A DNA stretch of 64,000 bases from Octopus sinensis (taxonomy: Eukaryota). Location of the stretch: positions 154,194,001 through 154,258,000 of the forward strand of contig NC_042998.1 in the NCBI RefSeq assembly GCF_006345805.1, in the 5' to 3' direction. The notes below the pieces were generated by a model. That model was not told where the DNA came from, searched no databases, and worked only from the letters and a program-made list of their open reading frames with translations. Positions 50,867 to 62,939 of the stretch are shown here, in pieces (position 1 is the stretch's first letter; each line of letters starts with the position of its first letter). Position numbers and translations under genes: made by a program.

Positions 50867-51660
50867 CTGTGTTGAATTGAAAGATAGCAGTTGATTGACA
50901 ATTTGAAAATCATTTGGTAGAGGTTAGCATTCTTTTGTGAGAAAATGCTGAATGTTTGTTAGTTAACTGAATAAAAGAAGCAAAAAAAACTTTGTATCTT
51001 TTGGCATCAGACATATGCATGGTAGTTGGTGTATATTGTCATAGTGCATCACTAAGAGGCAGTGAACAGCATGAAGCAGTTCAAATAGACAGATAACATT
51101 TAGAGATTTATGTGGTCAGGTTGTACCTGTTGTTGTATGAAGGATGGGAAAATAAAGACTTATCTTGAGCTGGCAAAATAAACTTTGGAAGAAGGAAATC
51201 TACTCAACATTTTGATTGCAACTCTGTGCAACCCTGCACACTTTCTCTAACCCAAAACCTCCTGGCCAGAATCTACAATAGACCAGAAATCATTATGCAT
51301 GCCTGTTGTCGCTGGTTGCCACTTGAAGAAAGAAGCAGACCTGCTTTGATGTCACTTCTTCCCTCACTTGTGGCATCTCGTGTCTCTCTTCAATGTCAAC
51401 TTACTACTCCACTCATGTAAAACTTACTGTGTGAATTAGTTATTCTGAATGCCAAAATCAAGAAAGTTTTTGGAATAAAGAATATACTACAGAAGTTGCT
51501 GCAGGAAAGTTTATTTCAATGGTAATAATTAGATGAGTTGACTCTATGGAAAAGTATTTCTAACCAATTGATAAAGCATGAAAACTTTCAAATGTAGAAA
51601 GAATGTGTGTGTATGTGTATCTACTATTTTGTGTTGCAAGAGAGAAATAGTGAGAGAGGC

Positions 51661-51695
<35 letters not shown>

Positions 51696-52331
51696 ATGAT
51701 GTAGCCAGCAGTGGCATCATCATCATCATCATCATTTAACATCCATTTTCCATGCTGGTACAGACTGGACAGTTTGATAGGAGCTGGCAAGCAAGAGGGC
51801 TGCACCAAGTTCCAATTATCTGTTTCTATGACTGGATGCCCTTCCTAACACCATCATGTATATGTGTTCATATGCATTACCTTTTACTCTGCACTAATTC
51901 TCAAACTATAGTACTCTAAAGTTCAGCATGAGAGATTGAGAAACTGATCAATGGTTGCTGAGTGACCAGTTATAACCAATAAAATAGACTCAAAGTGAGT
52001 TTCTGTTAGATAAATTTACATTTTGGCTCAAATTTATACACAGAGTAGTTGTAGCTAACATGAATACTGTTTAACAGTTTGAGCTGTTGCAGTAATTCAT
52101 GACCAATTGAATTACATTTAACAGATAAGGCCAAAGTGAATTGGAGCCCAAATTTTCATATTATTTATGTATGTGTTTATATACTTAACAGTGTATGTGA
52201 GCAAGAAACAAACACAAGCATGTATGGCAGGTTAGCAGTGACATAATATGCCACAAATCTATATCTCATAGAGTTTACCTAAAATATTGGGGCCAGTGGC
52301 AGGAGAGTTTATTTCCTGCAAGTTCTTTCTG

Positions 52332-52373
52332 CTAGCCATATATTGCAGATAGTATGCTTTCTGCATGTCTGAG
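52332..52373 (-). CDS. Candidate terminal or poison exon (LRHAESILSAIYG*)
   Basis: Strong acceptor tatttcttttgtag 96 nt after the previous donor; phase-0 reading stops after 13 aa; donor gtaaac at 52278. Confidence 0.45.
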   Translation of the reverse strand, partial: LRHAESILSAIYG

Positions 52374-52469
52374 CTACAAAAGAAATACTTTGGACTGTTT
52401 TTATTTTTTATTTACAAAGTCACAAAAGTGTCAATAGTGTTCAAAGAGTAACAATATCAATGTACTTAC

Positions 52470-52544
52470 ATTGTTTGGAAGAGTACACTTCCCTTGGCGC
52501 TGACCTTCTTGAAATGTTTGTAGTATTTCTTCAGGATCAGGAAG
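52470..52544 (-). CDS. Unidentified gene, exon (LPDPEEILQTFQEGQRQGKCTLPNN)
   Basis: T-rich tract, tag acceptor, GTAAGT donor; 75 nt, phase 0-0; 20 of 25 codons end in A/T. Confidence 0.78.
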
Positions 52545-52621
52545 CTATAATATATTTTATAATAAACAAAAACAAAAAAACAGTTTGAAAAAGCAGTATG
52601 TAACAAATATATCATTCTAAC

Positions 52622-52708
52622 TTGAGTAGAATTATGTATCATGCAGTTCCAAGCTACTTCCAAGGCAGCCAATTTATGCAAAATATGAGATTTTGAAGAG
52701 TGAGATAA
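52622..52708 (-). CDS. Unidentified gene, exon (LSHSSKSHILHKLAALEVAWNCMIHNSTQ)
   Basis: ctcatctccag acceptor, gttaga donor, 77-nt intron to the next exon; 87 nt; open only in phase 0. Confidence 0.65.
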
Positions 52709-52959
52709 CTGGAGATGAGCGCTGGGCAGCATTGTAAATCAAAAGAGCACAGGATGTTATAATGATGATAGATGATTTCTTAAGTTGATGAATAAAGGGC
52801 TGACCATTTAAGTTTGTATAAATACATTACAACACAATAGAATTTCAGCTTTGAAAAAATAAAACTCAGACCATATAAATATACTCACTTCTTAAGAATG
52901 ATATTTAATGAATGCTAGGTTGCAAGTTCAAATTTTCTGCAAGTATGGAACAAGTAACA

Positions 52960-53575
52960 TCTACCAATTCACATAAGAAACTGAAAATGCTTGGATTTCC
53001 AGAATTTCAGTCTCTTTGTGTCAGCTTCAAAGATATTCATCTTTTTCTTTAGGTGCCATGTCCAGAATGTAGGATGTGTGATCATATCCTGCCACAACTC
53101 TCTGTTCTTTAATTTAAGTAAGTTCCAGTTCCTAATGTTTGATGCCTCTTTCTTCCAACCAGTTTGTCAAGCTTAACATCCATATCATCCTCCTAATTTC
53201 CTCTGCTTTTTTTTTCCTTTCAATTTTTCCAGTCATCCCTAAGATCTCCAGGACCTTTTTCCTCATCACATGACCAAGAAATTTCAGTTGTTTGGCCCTT
53301 ATCTCATGAAACAGTTTCCTATTTACCACAGCCCAGGTCATCTCTTGTTCATTAGATATTGAGGATATTATGATATCCTCAATATTCTCCTTAAGAACAA
53401 ATCATAGCACCTTCTCATTTCTGATGTTATAGACCATGTTTTACTTCCATATATTAACACAGGGTAGGCATAGCATCTCCATATATGGATCTTGGTCTTG
53501 AAACTCATAGCATGGTTTCTCAAGATGTTACACAATTTTGAGAATGCAGATTTTGCCAGCATTATTCATCTTAGT
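52960..53575 (-). mobile_element. RTE/BovB-like LINE RT C-terminal fragment
   Basis: AKSAFSKL..WRCYAYPVLIYGSKTW; RAKQLKFLGHVMRK..GKIE. Confidence 0.75.
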
Positions 53576-54554
53576 AAAGTCACATGAAGGGACTCACCAT
53601 GTCCAATAGTCTAATAGTTCTGCATACCTATCACCCTGGATTGTTATTCCATTCATTAACTCTAAAAGGATGAAAGGCAAAGTTGCTTTTTGTAGGATTT
53701 GAATTCTGAGCACAGAATAATTACCCACAGGGTATTTAATTCTAAGCTCTAACAACTTTGCCAATTTATCACATTAACTTGCAGAATATGCAATATTAAC
53801 TTGGAATGACAGATGGAGCAGGAGAAATGATATTTTGAATATGAACAATAAATGACGGTTGAAAAACTTTTTGATGAGAGATGGGAATGTCTGAGGCAGA
53901 GGAAGTACAGAGAAGGTACTGAGGAACAGAGCCCATTATAGCAACAATAGAAAAGACATAAAAAGAAGACACAAAACTAGTAATCCCAAGGCAGGAGCCT
54001 ACTACAAATATGACTATGTCAGTCAGTCAAGTGGCTTTTATCTGGATGCAGTCTAGGATGTCTGTGTGTGTAACAACAGCACCATTTTATTTGACCTTTG
54101 TACCAACTGCCAAGAGCTGAAATATTTTCTGACCCTGAATAGAAGGACCAGTATCTAGGATATAATACTAACTATAGTAAGGACATGCTTTTGCCTGGAG
54201 AGGTCCTCAATGATAGTGAAACCCAGCTCTAGTTAAGAGCTACTCATGCTTAGAGAAGAAGCTATGGTGTTTTCTTGATATAAGTTGTAGAATGACAGTG
54301 GAATATATTAGTGACTGAAAAAGATAAAGGAAGATGTGAAATTAGATATCAAAATATTGGATCAGGTGAATTAAGTAATGCTTACAGGATTGAGCTGAGA
54401 AGAGTAGCCATATGCTAAACTGAAGATCTGTCTAACCTATACCACCTGATAAAACTGGATATGTGTGAGTAATGATTTAAGTTTTGAATTTGAGCTCAAA
54501 TTATCAGAAATCAAGCCATTAAACCTCACATGTAAAATATCTGAAATATTTTAC

Positions 54555-54623
54555 CTCTGATGTTACAGAATTTGAGCTTTGGGTTATTTCTCTCAGACTT
54601 TCCAAATTTGGTGCCATTTCTTT
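54555..54623 (-). CDS. Unidentified gene, exon (KEMAPNLESLREITQSSNSVTSE)
   Basis: ttcttattcatatag acceptor, GAG|gtaaaa donor; 69 nt, phase 0-0. Confidence 0.75.
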
Positions 54624-54889
54624 CTATATGAATAAGAAGAATATTTTAAATATTGAAATATTATATATCACAGAGAAATATTTGTGTATCCTTTCTTCAA
54701 ATATGAAATGACTAGTATATTGAGAATTATATACCTAACCCCAGAACTACTAGTTTCTTATTCATAAATCACCTATATACTTAAACCAAAGAACTCTTGG
54801 AGCATATTTCATTGCTAAAGTGTGTTTTCATTTACATAGCTCTGCAACTATGTCAAATCATCCCCTCCATCCATTGTTCTTAAACTTTT

Positions 54890-55470
54890 GCATCACTGGG
54901 GAACCACTGAAATTTTCCTAGATCAGTCCCTTCACAGATTTGATCTATGCATTGCATGATTTTCACTGACAGAGGAGGTTCAGAGATGGTAGAGAAGAGG
55001 TGAGAGATGGTAGAAATGTATGGGAGGGAGAAGGACATCAGTACATCAGAGCTGGTTGAGAGAATTTGCAATTTTCTGGATGAAGACCATTGTGTGTCTA
55101 TAAAGACAAAAGCATAGTTTGGAGTTGATGTAGCAAAAATACACACATGTTTTCATCAAGATCTGGGCATGTGCAAAATATGTACAGAGTTTGTTTCCAG
55201 GGTGCTCAATGACAAACAGAAGGAAAGCTGCATTGGTGGAAGCAAGATGATGATTAAGCTCATTACCTCCAACCTAAGAATATTTGAGTCTCTGGTGACC
55301 CGTGACGAAAGATGTATCAACTGTCATGATCCAGAAACCAAGAAATAGAGTACCCTACAGAAGTAGCCCCCAACCTCCCTACAGTTCAGACCTTGCTGCC
55401 TGTGACTTTTATTTGTTCCCCTAGCTGAAGTTGAACCTCAGTGAGTTGTTTTGAAGACACTGAGAAGGCT
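54890..55470 (+). mobile_element. mariner transposase relic
   Basis: DLGMCKICTEFVSRVL, LVTRDE..HDPETK, and a PPYSPDLAPCDF-like motif at 55375-55420. Confidence 0.8.
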
Positions 55471-56085
55471 AAAGATAAGAGCCTAATTCTGTGCCAGAAG
55501 ACAAAATGGAAAAGGCATGGAAGCTGTAAAAACCATCTGCTATATGTAAGTTTGAAGAGGAATACTCACTTATAGTAACAAGGAGAATGAAATAAGCAAC
55601 TATAACAATCGACAACCTGATGAAAGCTAAAAACCAGACTTATTGTTGGAAAATTTAGTAGGGCAGTGGCTGACATGATGGTGAAATGGTCCATCAAACA
55701 CAACCATAAAAGCCAAGAGGTAGGGTTACAGTGAATAATACTTTGAAGCTAGAAGAGAAGTTAGACATCAAGTACATATAACAAGGAGAGATGCTGAAAG
55801 TCATGTCTGCCCCTTGAAGATCAGAGGTATGTTTTTATGTTTTTTGGGGGTATTGTTTTTGACTTATGAAACAGTTTGCCTGTGTAAATCACACCATTAT
55901 TGATGAAAAGTATGTAACAACATTGGTGCACCTGCCCTCACTGATGTCAAGAAGAAATGGCAACAGAAATGAAAATGAAATATTACTGAATGAGAATGTG
56001 TGGGAGAGAATGGGGACTACTTGAGTATGTAGCTTGCCCTTAGTGAAATCCTCTCTCTCTCTGACATATATAACATAAATATGGA

Positions 56086-57017
56086 CGTAGTAGATAACAG
56101 TTAACCTTCGGTCGCTTGAGCCCTGTTGTGTCCACTACTCTGATTGGTTGATTTTGGTGCAGTTTGTCTCTTGCTTTATTTTGCGCCAATGTGTGATCCA
56201 ACCAATCACCGCCTTCTGATAAGGTCCCATGACACAGTCTTCTAAATTCTCTTCTGGAGCCTATAATTTGCTATAAAAGCTTCAGCGATTCACCCTATCT
56301 CATCTTTGGTTCTCACTACTGACCACAGAGCACAGCCAGTTCCAGCAACAGACAACACCAGCAGTATTCAGGACCTCCACCACCATCGCCTTCATCTTAA
56401 TGTCGCCTTCAATCTTAACGTTGTCTCCATCTCTGTCGCCTTCATCTTATCAACGCCAATATTCACCCAGGTCTAACTTCTCACTGTTTGTGAATATTTC
56501 ACCATGGTTAACAGTAAGCTCTACCTGCAAGAACCCTCTGTACCAAGTAACCTGGCACAACATAGAAGCCACAACCTCTACATGCGTAGTAACTGGCTCT
56601 GCCTTGTTCGCCTCAATTTCAATTGTGCAAAGTACTATGTACTGGTATTATCTTCATCTTGTGTCTGAACTTCTAATGTCCTGTTGTAGACTTTCTATTG
56701 CTCTATTTTATCTTACACACATACACCCTTGTTTGTACACACATACACATTATGTATGCTTGACAGCCTGTCTATTATTATTGTTCTATCTTATATGTAC
56801 TTATGATGCACACACATACACACACTCTGCTACCCACATGTTATCATCTAAATAAAACCTTTCTCTTAAATATATTATGGTTGTATTGTCTTCTCCTTAT
56901 TCCTTCCTGGCACTTGTATACATTTATCTATATTTTGGCTTTTATTGTAAGGCAACTGTGCGGTGTTTAAAGGAGTCATTCATTCGTCACCTCTCCTTTT
57001 CGCACGGTCGTTCTACA
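56086..57017 (+). mobile_element. Solo-LTR-like element
   Basis: cgtag...ctaca termini (TGTAG/CTACA-like), CCAAT boxes, TATAAAA at 56272-56278, AATAAA near 56851; no TSD found. Confidence 0.45.
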
Positions 57018-57059
57018 AGTATATAACCAGAAACTGTCATTAAAGATAGGAAAGAAGAA

Positions 57060-58260
57060 CACAGCAGTGTTATACTTGCTGACTGGTGCAGTAGTATCAT
57101 CATCAGCTGCAACTCAGGCAAAGAAGATTTTCTAGAAAGGAGCAACTACAGAAATATCAAATTATCAAAGTTATGAAGGCGGTATAAGGAAAATTAACTT
57201 AGATGAGATGCAGTTTTATACCATGACAGGAAATCATTGATACTCTCTTCTTGCAGAAGTTCTTAAGAGCAAGCTACTATATATGTTGGCTTTTTAAGGT
57301 TGCAAAGAAAACTGTATAAATGAGTGGCTTCTGAGAACTATAACAACATGGGTGGGTACTGTCAGCAAGGTGAAAGATAATGAGTTTAGTGAGAATTTAA
57401 TATGCAGAAAAGTCTCCATCAGTTCTCAGCTTTTCATTTATTATAGTCCTCAGGGCAATTGCAGACTTGTTGTCAGTAATAACTCCTGACTGCTGATATC
57501 AGGCCTGAGTCAGTAAAAAAATTGCATGCAAAGTTCTAATTACAGAAGCATGCCTAGTTAGCAGAAAAGAAGACAAAATTCAACTGTCATGTTTGATATG
57601 TAAGGTAGAAATTATATATTGCGTACCCAATGTAAATTACAGGTACATGAAAAATGCTATGGAATCACAGGCAATATGACAGAAAAAAGACTATGTATAT
57701 AGCTGAAGCACAAAGTAGATAGTACTAAGAAACCAATGAATTGCATTATTTTGTATGCTATTCTAGAAATAACTGGCAGGTCCTATTACTTATGTGACCT
57801 AATTATCTGTGAAAATGGGTATTGCACAGTGTAAGGATGGGAAGGAAAAGAGCTTAAGGAACTATTATCTCTTTTGGCAATATAGTGATTCTCTCTTTTG
57901 ATAAAAGTCAGATTTTACAATGCTTATGTTGAAATGCATTGCATGGTAGTAAAAATGGATGTGTGAAAGTTGAATAGAAATGAGATGAATATGTATGAAC
58001 AATGGAAAACAGGTGAACCAAGGGAGAAAAATGAATATAAGGAGCATCAAAGGCAGTGTGCAAAATTATGCTGGTATGGACATGCACTGCACATGAAGAC
58101 TGACAATTAATGAAGAATTATCGACTGATCCAAGTAGAGGGAATATATTGAAAAGAAGACCAAGGAAGAAGTGGTGAAAACTCATCTCAAGATGCTGAAC
58201 ATCATAAAGATGAGACTAAGGGCTGCAACAAATCGTAAGGTACTGTACTCGAGTAGACCA
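57060..58260 (+). mobile_element. Highly degenerate RTE LINE 3' half
   Basis: Remnants ctgactggtgcagtag, ttagatgagatgcagttt, gaaaagaagaccaaggaagaagtgg. Confidence 0.55.
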
Positions 58261-58369
58261 GCCCCACTACTGCAAGTATAAAGAAATTAACAGTAAAGCA
58301 ATGATAATATAATCAATTATAACAATGTTGAAATAGCACCAATGTAACTAAGAGGAATTAAGTACTTAC

Positions 58370-58420
58370 AAAATCAGTGAAAGTAGAATAGGGTGAACCT
58401 TTTTCTTTCTGCAGTGATTT
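58370..58420 (-). CDS. Unidentified gene, exon (KSLQKEKGSPYSTFTDF)
   Basis: T-rich tract ending tatag acceptor, GTAAGT donor; 51 nt, phase 0-0. Confidence 0.78.
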
Positions 58421-58529
58421 CTATAAAAAAAGTGAAGTAAAGTGATTTGTTATATTTCATATATTGGACTCTATAGGAATGTGATAAACCTCTTCTTAGA
58501 AAAGCTTAGAGTAACAAAGTTCACAAGAA

Positions 58530-58850
58530 TGAAAACTAGGTTATATATATCTCTTATCTTTTACTTAATTCAGTCATTAAACTGAGGCCATGCTTTGAAG
58601 AATCATAGTCAAACAAATCATCCCTAGTACTTATTTTTTTTTTTTAAGCTGGGTACTCATACTATCACCTCCTTTACTGAACTGCTAAGTTACAGAGATG
58701 TAAACACACCAACTTCAGTTGTCAAGTGGTGGCAGTAAGAACAAACACTGATACAAAGACATGCATGCACCCCTCCACATACAGCTCCACAAACAAGGAG
58801 CCAAGAACCATGTGGTTGGGAAGCAAACTTCTTAACACACAGCCATGCCA
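58530..58850 (-). mobile_element. tRNA-derived SINE
   Basis: Same family as 20440-20678 and 62510-62740. Confidence 0.65.
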
Positions 58851-59235
58851 AAGGAGTAAATCCCTTGTCAGCCCTCTCTCAGCCCACAAATAGCTGATCT
58901 AAGGGAGATAACCCATCCTCACTGACACTGGACTATTCTTAGATGATGAAATGACCAATGACCACAATGGATTTCTTCCTCCCAGAGGTGAAGAGTTATA
59001 TTTGTCTTCAGACTAGTGTCTGATGAGATATCTGCGAAGCTATAGCCTTCATGGATGTGAAACCACTGGACACTATGACTAGACATTAACTTTATTACTT
59101 TTATATATATATATGTTTATATATAAACACTTCATAGAACTTCTATGTAAACGAAATGTATATCAATTCAGATTAAAGCTAACACACACACATGCACGTA
59201 TGGAGTCTTATCCACTTTCACTTGCAAAAGTAAAC

Positions 59236-59595
59236 TGGCTGCATAGTAAGAAGCTTGCTTCTCAACCACATGGTTTGGGATTCAATCCCACTGCGTAGCA
59301 CCTAGGCCAGCCAAAGCCTAGGTAGAGGATTTGGTAGATGTAAACTGAAGGAGCCCATTGTATGTGTGTGTGTGTGTGTGGGTCTGGGTTGTGTCTTTGT
59401 ATTTGTGTTTGTCTCCTACCATCACTTGACAATTGGTGCTGGTGTGTTTACATCTCCATAACTTAGCAGTTCGCCAAAAGAGACCAATAGAATAAGTATC
59501 AGTCTTAAAAAATAAATACTGGGGTTGATTTGTTCAACTAAGAATCTGCCAAGGCAGTGCCCCAGCATGGCCACAGCCTAATGACTGAAATAAGT
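59236..59595 (+). mobile_element. tRNA-derived SINE with (GT)n
   Basis: Head gcatagtaagaagcttgcttctcaaccacatggtttgggattcaatccc; 3' end cccagcatggccacagcc..gactgaaataag. Confidence 0.75.
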
Positions 59596-60479
59596 ACAAG
59601 AATAAAGAAAGAATGCATGCACACTATTTATTTTTATGTTTTTATTCCACATATTTTTCACATGAATCACCATATAATTCAAAATTAATACTGATTTAGT
59701 TCGTCAAATACCAGATGCAGTGTGTATCCCTCACAATTAAACCATCAACATGAAATTTTAGGATGATTTTGCAAGATTTAATTCTATTTCTTTGGAGAAT
59801 GTGAAACAAAACAGAATTTCAGTCATGAACTAAATGATATTTCATTTGCTTCCCCTATGCTGTTTAATAAACAAAAGTTGAATGTTAGGAGATTTACTGA
59901 AAATAAAGTAACTAATGTACAGAAGCTAAAAACAGCTCTTTTTTAACTTTAGTTGATTATCTTTCATTATATTTACAATATGTTTTTAATAATTTGTTAA
60001 TTACAGATCTTCCTAATTATTTAGCTTATAAGGATGAAACCTTCAGTTTCTGTTAAATAGTTTGTTTTTTTTAATATTTACTTCTCTGTGTCTGAATGGG
60101 TTGTATGGATCTGTAAATTTGGATAATTGTATGTATTGCTGTTGGTTTGGAATACAAAGGAATATGAGCAAAAATTGGAGAAGAAAAGTAATCACAATAA
60201 AATACAAATTCATTAAGAGGACAGCAATCAGGCTATGAAATTATTTGACTGATTAAAATAGAGCCTTAATTCAGAGATTTGTGGATATTTAGTATTTAAA
60301 TAAATGTTGCTTTTTATGAACAAACTGGTAATAGACTTAATACTTATTTTATAGATTCCTCATATGAAATAAACCAAATAATGTGAAAAAAAATATTCCA
60401 CGGTATGGTGGATAACTTGAAGACTTCATTTTCATGCAATAATCTAAGGGAAGTTTTATTGGTTATGATCTCTCATTAC

Positions 60480-60590
60480 TTTTGCTAGGTCATTATGAAA
60501 AGCTCTGCCACCTGTTAATGATTCTGTATCTGAACGGCTTACAGGGATCAGTATACTTTTCAAGTAATAACAAGTAATAGGAGTGGGTAA
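60480..60590 (-). CDS. Unidentified gene, exon with two in-frame donors (LPTPITCYYLKSILIP | VSRSDTESLTGGRAFHNDLAK)
   Basis: aacttctag acceptor; donors CCT|gtaagc (exon ends 60543) and AAA|gtaatg (exon ends 60480), both phase 0. Confidence 0.65.
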
Positions 60591-60704
60591 CTAGAAGTTA
60601 TTTGTCTATCACAAAATGACAACAGGTAATCTATTCAACCAATCAACTGGCAGAGTATCAATTTTATCATCAGCAACTTTCAAAACATTATCAAAGGCAG
60701 TGAG

Positions 60705-60912
60705 CTGGCAGAATCGTTAGCATGCTAGGCAAAATGCTTAGCAACATTTCATCTATCTTCATGTTCTAAGTTCAAATTCTGCCAAGGTCAACTTCGCTTT
60801 TCATCCTTTCAGTGTCAATAAAATAATAAAATAAATGCCTGCTGAACACTGGGGTTGATATAATCGATTTACAGCCGCCCCCAACTTGCTGGCCTTGTGC
60901 CAAAATTTGAAA
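60705..60912 (+). mobile_element. Octopus-type SINE
   Basis: Homologous to 12064-12281. Confidence 0.75.
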
Positions 60913-60963
60913 TCAACTTACAAAAAATAGTTACACAAATTTTACAGTAGAAGTTTGCCATAC

Positions 60964-61008
60964 CTTTTCAAAGGAAACTGGAAGACTTTTAGTACTGCTA
61001 TCAGAATT
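60964..61008 (-). CDS. Unidentified gene, exon (NSDSSTKSLPVSFEK)
   Basis: atcttccacag acceptor, AAG|gtatgg donor; 45 nt, phase 0-0. Confidence 0.72.
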
Positions 61009-61914
61009 CTGTGGAAGATATTCAGTAATTTAGTTACTATTATAGCATCAAAACAGCTATTTACATAAATGTATATAACAATACATTTTGCATATAATGA
61101 CATCTTGAACAAAATAGAATGTCAAGTTGAATAAAATACAAATGTTTGTGTGGATGTAGTGCAGATTCTTATACAAATGTAACAGAAATGCCTATAAAAA
61201 TATGCAATATATTCAACTACTGTGAAAGCTGTGGTCATTTTGAGATAAAACCATTTCGTTAACAACTAGGAGTTGCCCAGCCTTCACCCCAGTCTGTATT
61301 GTACTCAAATGTATTTATAAGGCATCTTTTGTAATGCCTATGTGTCACATTGTAGTTAAAGGCTGTTAGTCATCACTCTTCACGAGAAAAAGGTCTGAAT
61401 TCCAACCTGATTTGTTGTTGCTCTTATTCCTGGGAGGCAGGAATCTGTTACAGTCATTTGGTCAAAGAATAAATAGTCGGGGGGGGGGGGGGGTCAGTGG
61501 GGATGGGTTATCTCCCCATGACCAGTTTTTTTTTGGGGGGGGGGGCAAAAGAGGGGGAACAAGGGATTTACCCCTTGGACTGCTTTTGGATCATAAGGAC
61601 CCTTCTGGGTTTAATCGGAGAACAAAGAATCCATGCTTGCAGCAGGTAGTGCTTTAAATGGATGCAGGGGATGTAAATTTCCTGGCAAGTGTTCAGTGAT
61701 CCAGGTTTCAGAGAGTCTTTGAGTATCCTCGCTGAAGTTTTAATTCTTATTGCTCTTGTGTTTCTATGGCAATTATATTGGTCCCAGTGCTAAATCCGGT
61801 ACATTTTTTATTGACCCCAGAAAGATGAAAAGCAAAGTCAACCCAGTGGTGAAAGAGAAGATTAGAGTGGAATGGATAAAAATGTTTAATGAATAGTTAT
61901 AAATCTTATATTCT

Positions 61915-62108
61915 TTTCTATTCTAGGCACAAGGCCTGAAATTTTGGGAGAGGTGGCCAGTCAATCAGATCAACCCCAGTATGCAACTGATACTTAATTT
62001 ATCAACCACAAAAGGATGAAAGGCAAAGTTGACCTTGGCAGAATTTGAACTCAGAACATAAAGACTGATGAAATACCCCGTGCTAACGTTTCTTCCAGTT
62101 CACCGCCT
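61915..62108 (-). mobile_element. Octopus-type SINE
   Basis: Reverse complement of the 12064-12281 family. Confidence 0.75.
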
Positions 62109-62275
62109 TGTTTTTTTAAAATTATACTGGTGTAGCAATCTCATATCACCCACTATTCAGTTCTTGTTGTAATTTGAAATCAATTACATCCTACCTGCTA
62201 GGATTTCAGATAACCCCCAACCAATCCATCATTGAATATTTAATGCCTTGGCAGCAATTAAAGTGTGTGTGTGTG

Positions 62276-62326
<51 letters not shown>

Positions 62327-62509
62327 ACGCGTGCACACATGTGCGTTAGATACGTGTGTCTAAATCAGAGAGAGTTTGAGCATCCACTTAGTTGTTTAAA
62401 GTTGAAAAACCCTCATCTAAAGTGTATGAATATATTTTTTGGATAATAATTGTGTGTAAATATTTTGTTTTTCATATAAATATATTTTCTTTGCATTTAA
62501 AGATATCTT

Positions 62510-62740
62510 TTACCTTTTACTTGTTTCAGTCATTAGACTGTAGCCATGCTGGGGCACCAACTTAGAGAATTTTAGCTAAATGAATTATCCCTATTACTTA
62601 TTTTTTAAGCCTGGTACACACACATACATACACACCTGAGGTTAAAGTAAATGACTCTTGCCCAATGTGTCACACAGTGGACTAAACCCAGGACCATGTG
62701 TTTGGGAAGCAAATTTCTTACCACACAGCGATGCCTGCAC
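62510..62740 (-). mobile_element. tRNA-derived SINE
   Basis: cttgtttcagtcattagactgtagccatgctggggcacc..ggaccatgtgtttgggaagc. Confidence 0.65.
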
Positions 62741-62939
62741 CAATATATATTAATATATTTTGCTTTGTATAATATATATTTAAATCATATTTGACATGTA
62801 TGCTTTTGTAATTATTTTATCCATAATAAATTTGAACTGAAATAACAGTTTAAATCATCAGAAAATAAAACAAACTAATGCTTCCATAGGTTTAAAGTGT
62901 TTTTAAAGGCATTATAAAACGCTATGTAATCTAGGTGTA

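Noticed and set aside
52466-52732. 88-aa ORF with an apparent transmembrane segment
   Set aside because: It reads through a T-rich 77-nt intron and then uses a GC3-rich frame of the next exon, atypical of this AT-rich genome; the phase-0 spliced reading fits better.
52648-52736. Plus-strand peptide SKLLPRQPIYAKYEILKSEITGDERWAAL* after a cag
   Set aside because: It is the antisense shadow of a minus-strand exon, and no other plus-strand exons support it.
60082-60110. 29-nt candidate exon (PYNPFRHRE) with good AG/GT ends
   Set aside because: It needs a phase-1 upstream donor, but neighbouring exons are phase 0; it would frameshift the chain.
61478-61546. Long G-runs as a G-quadruplex regulatory element
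   Set aside because: Homopolymer lengths are unreliable and there is no supporting context.
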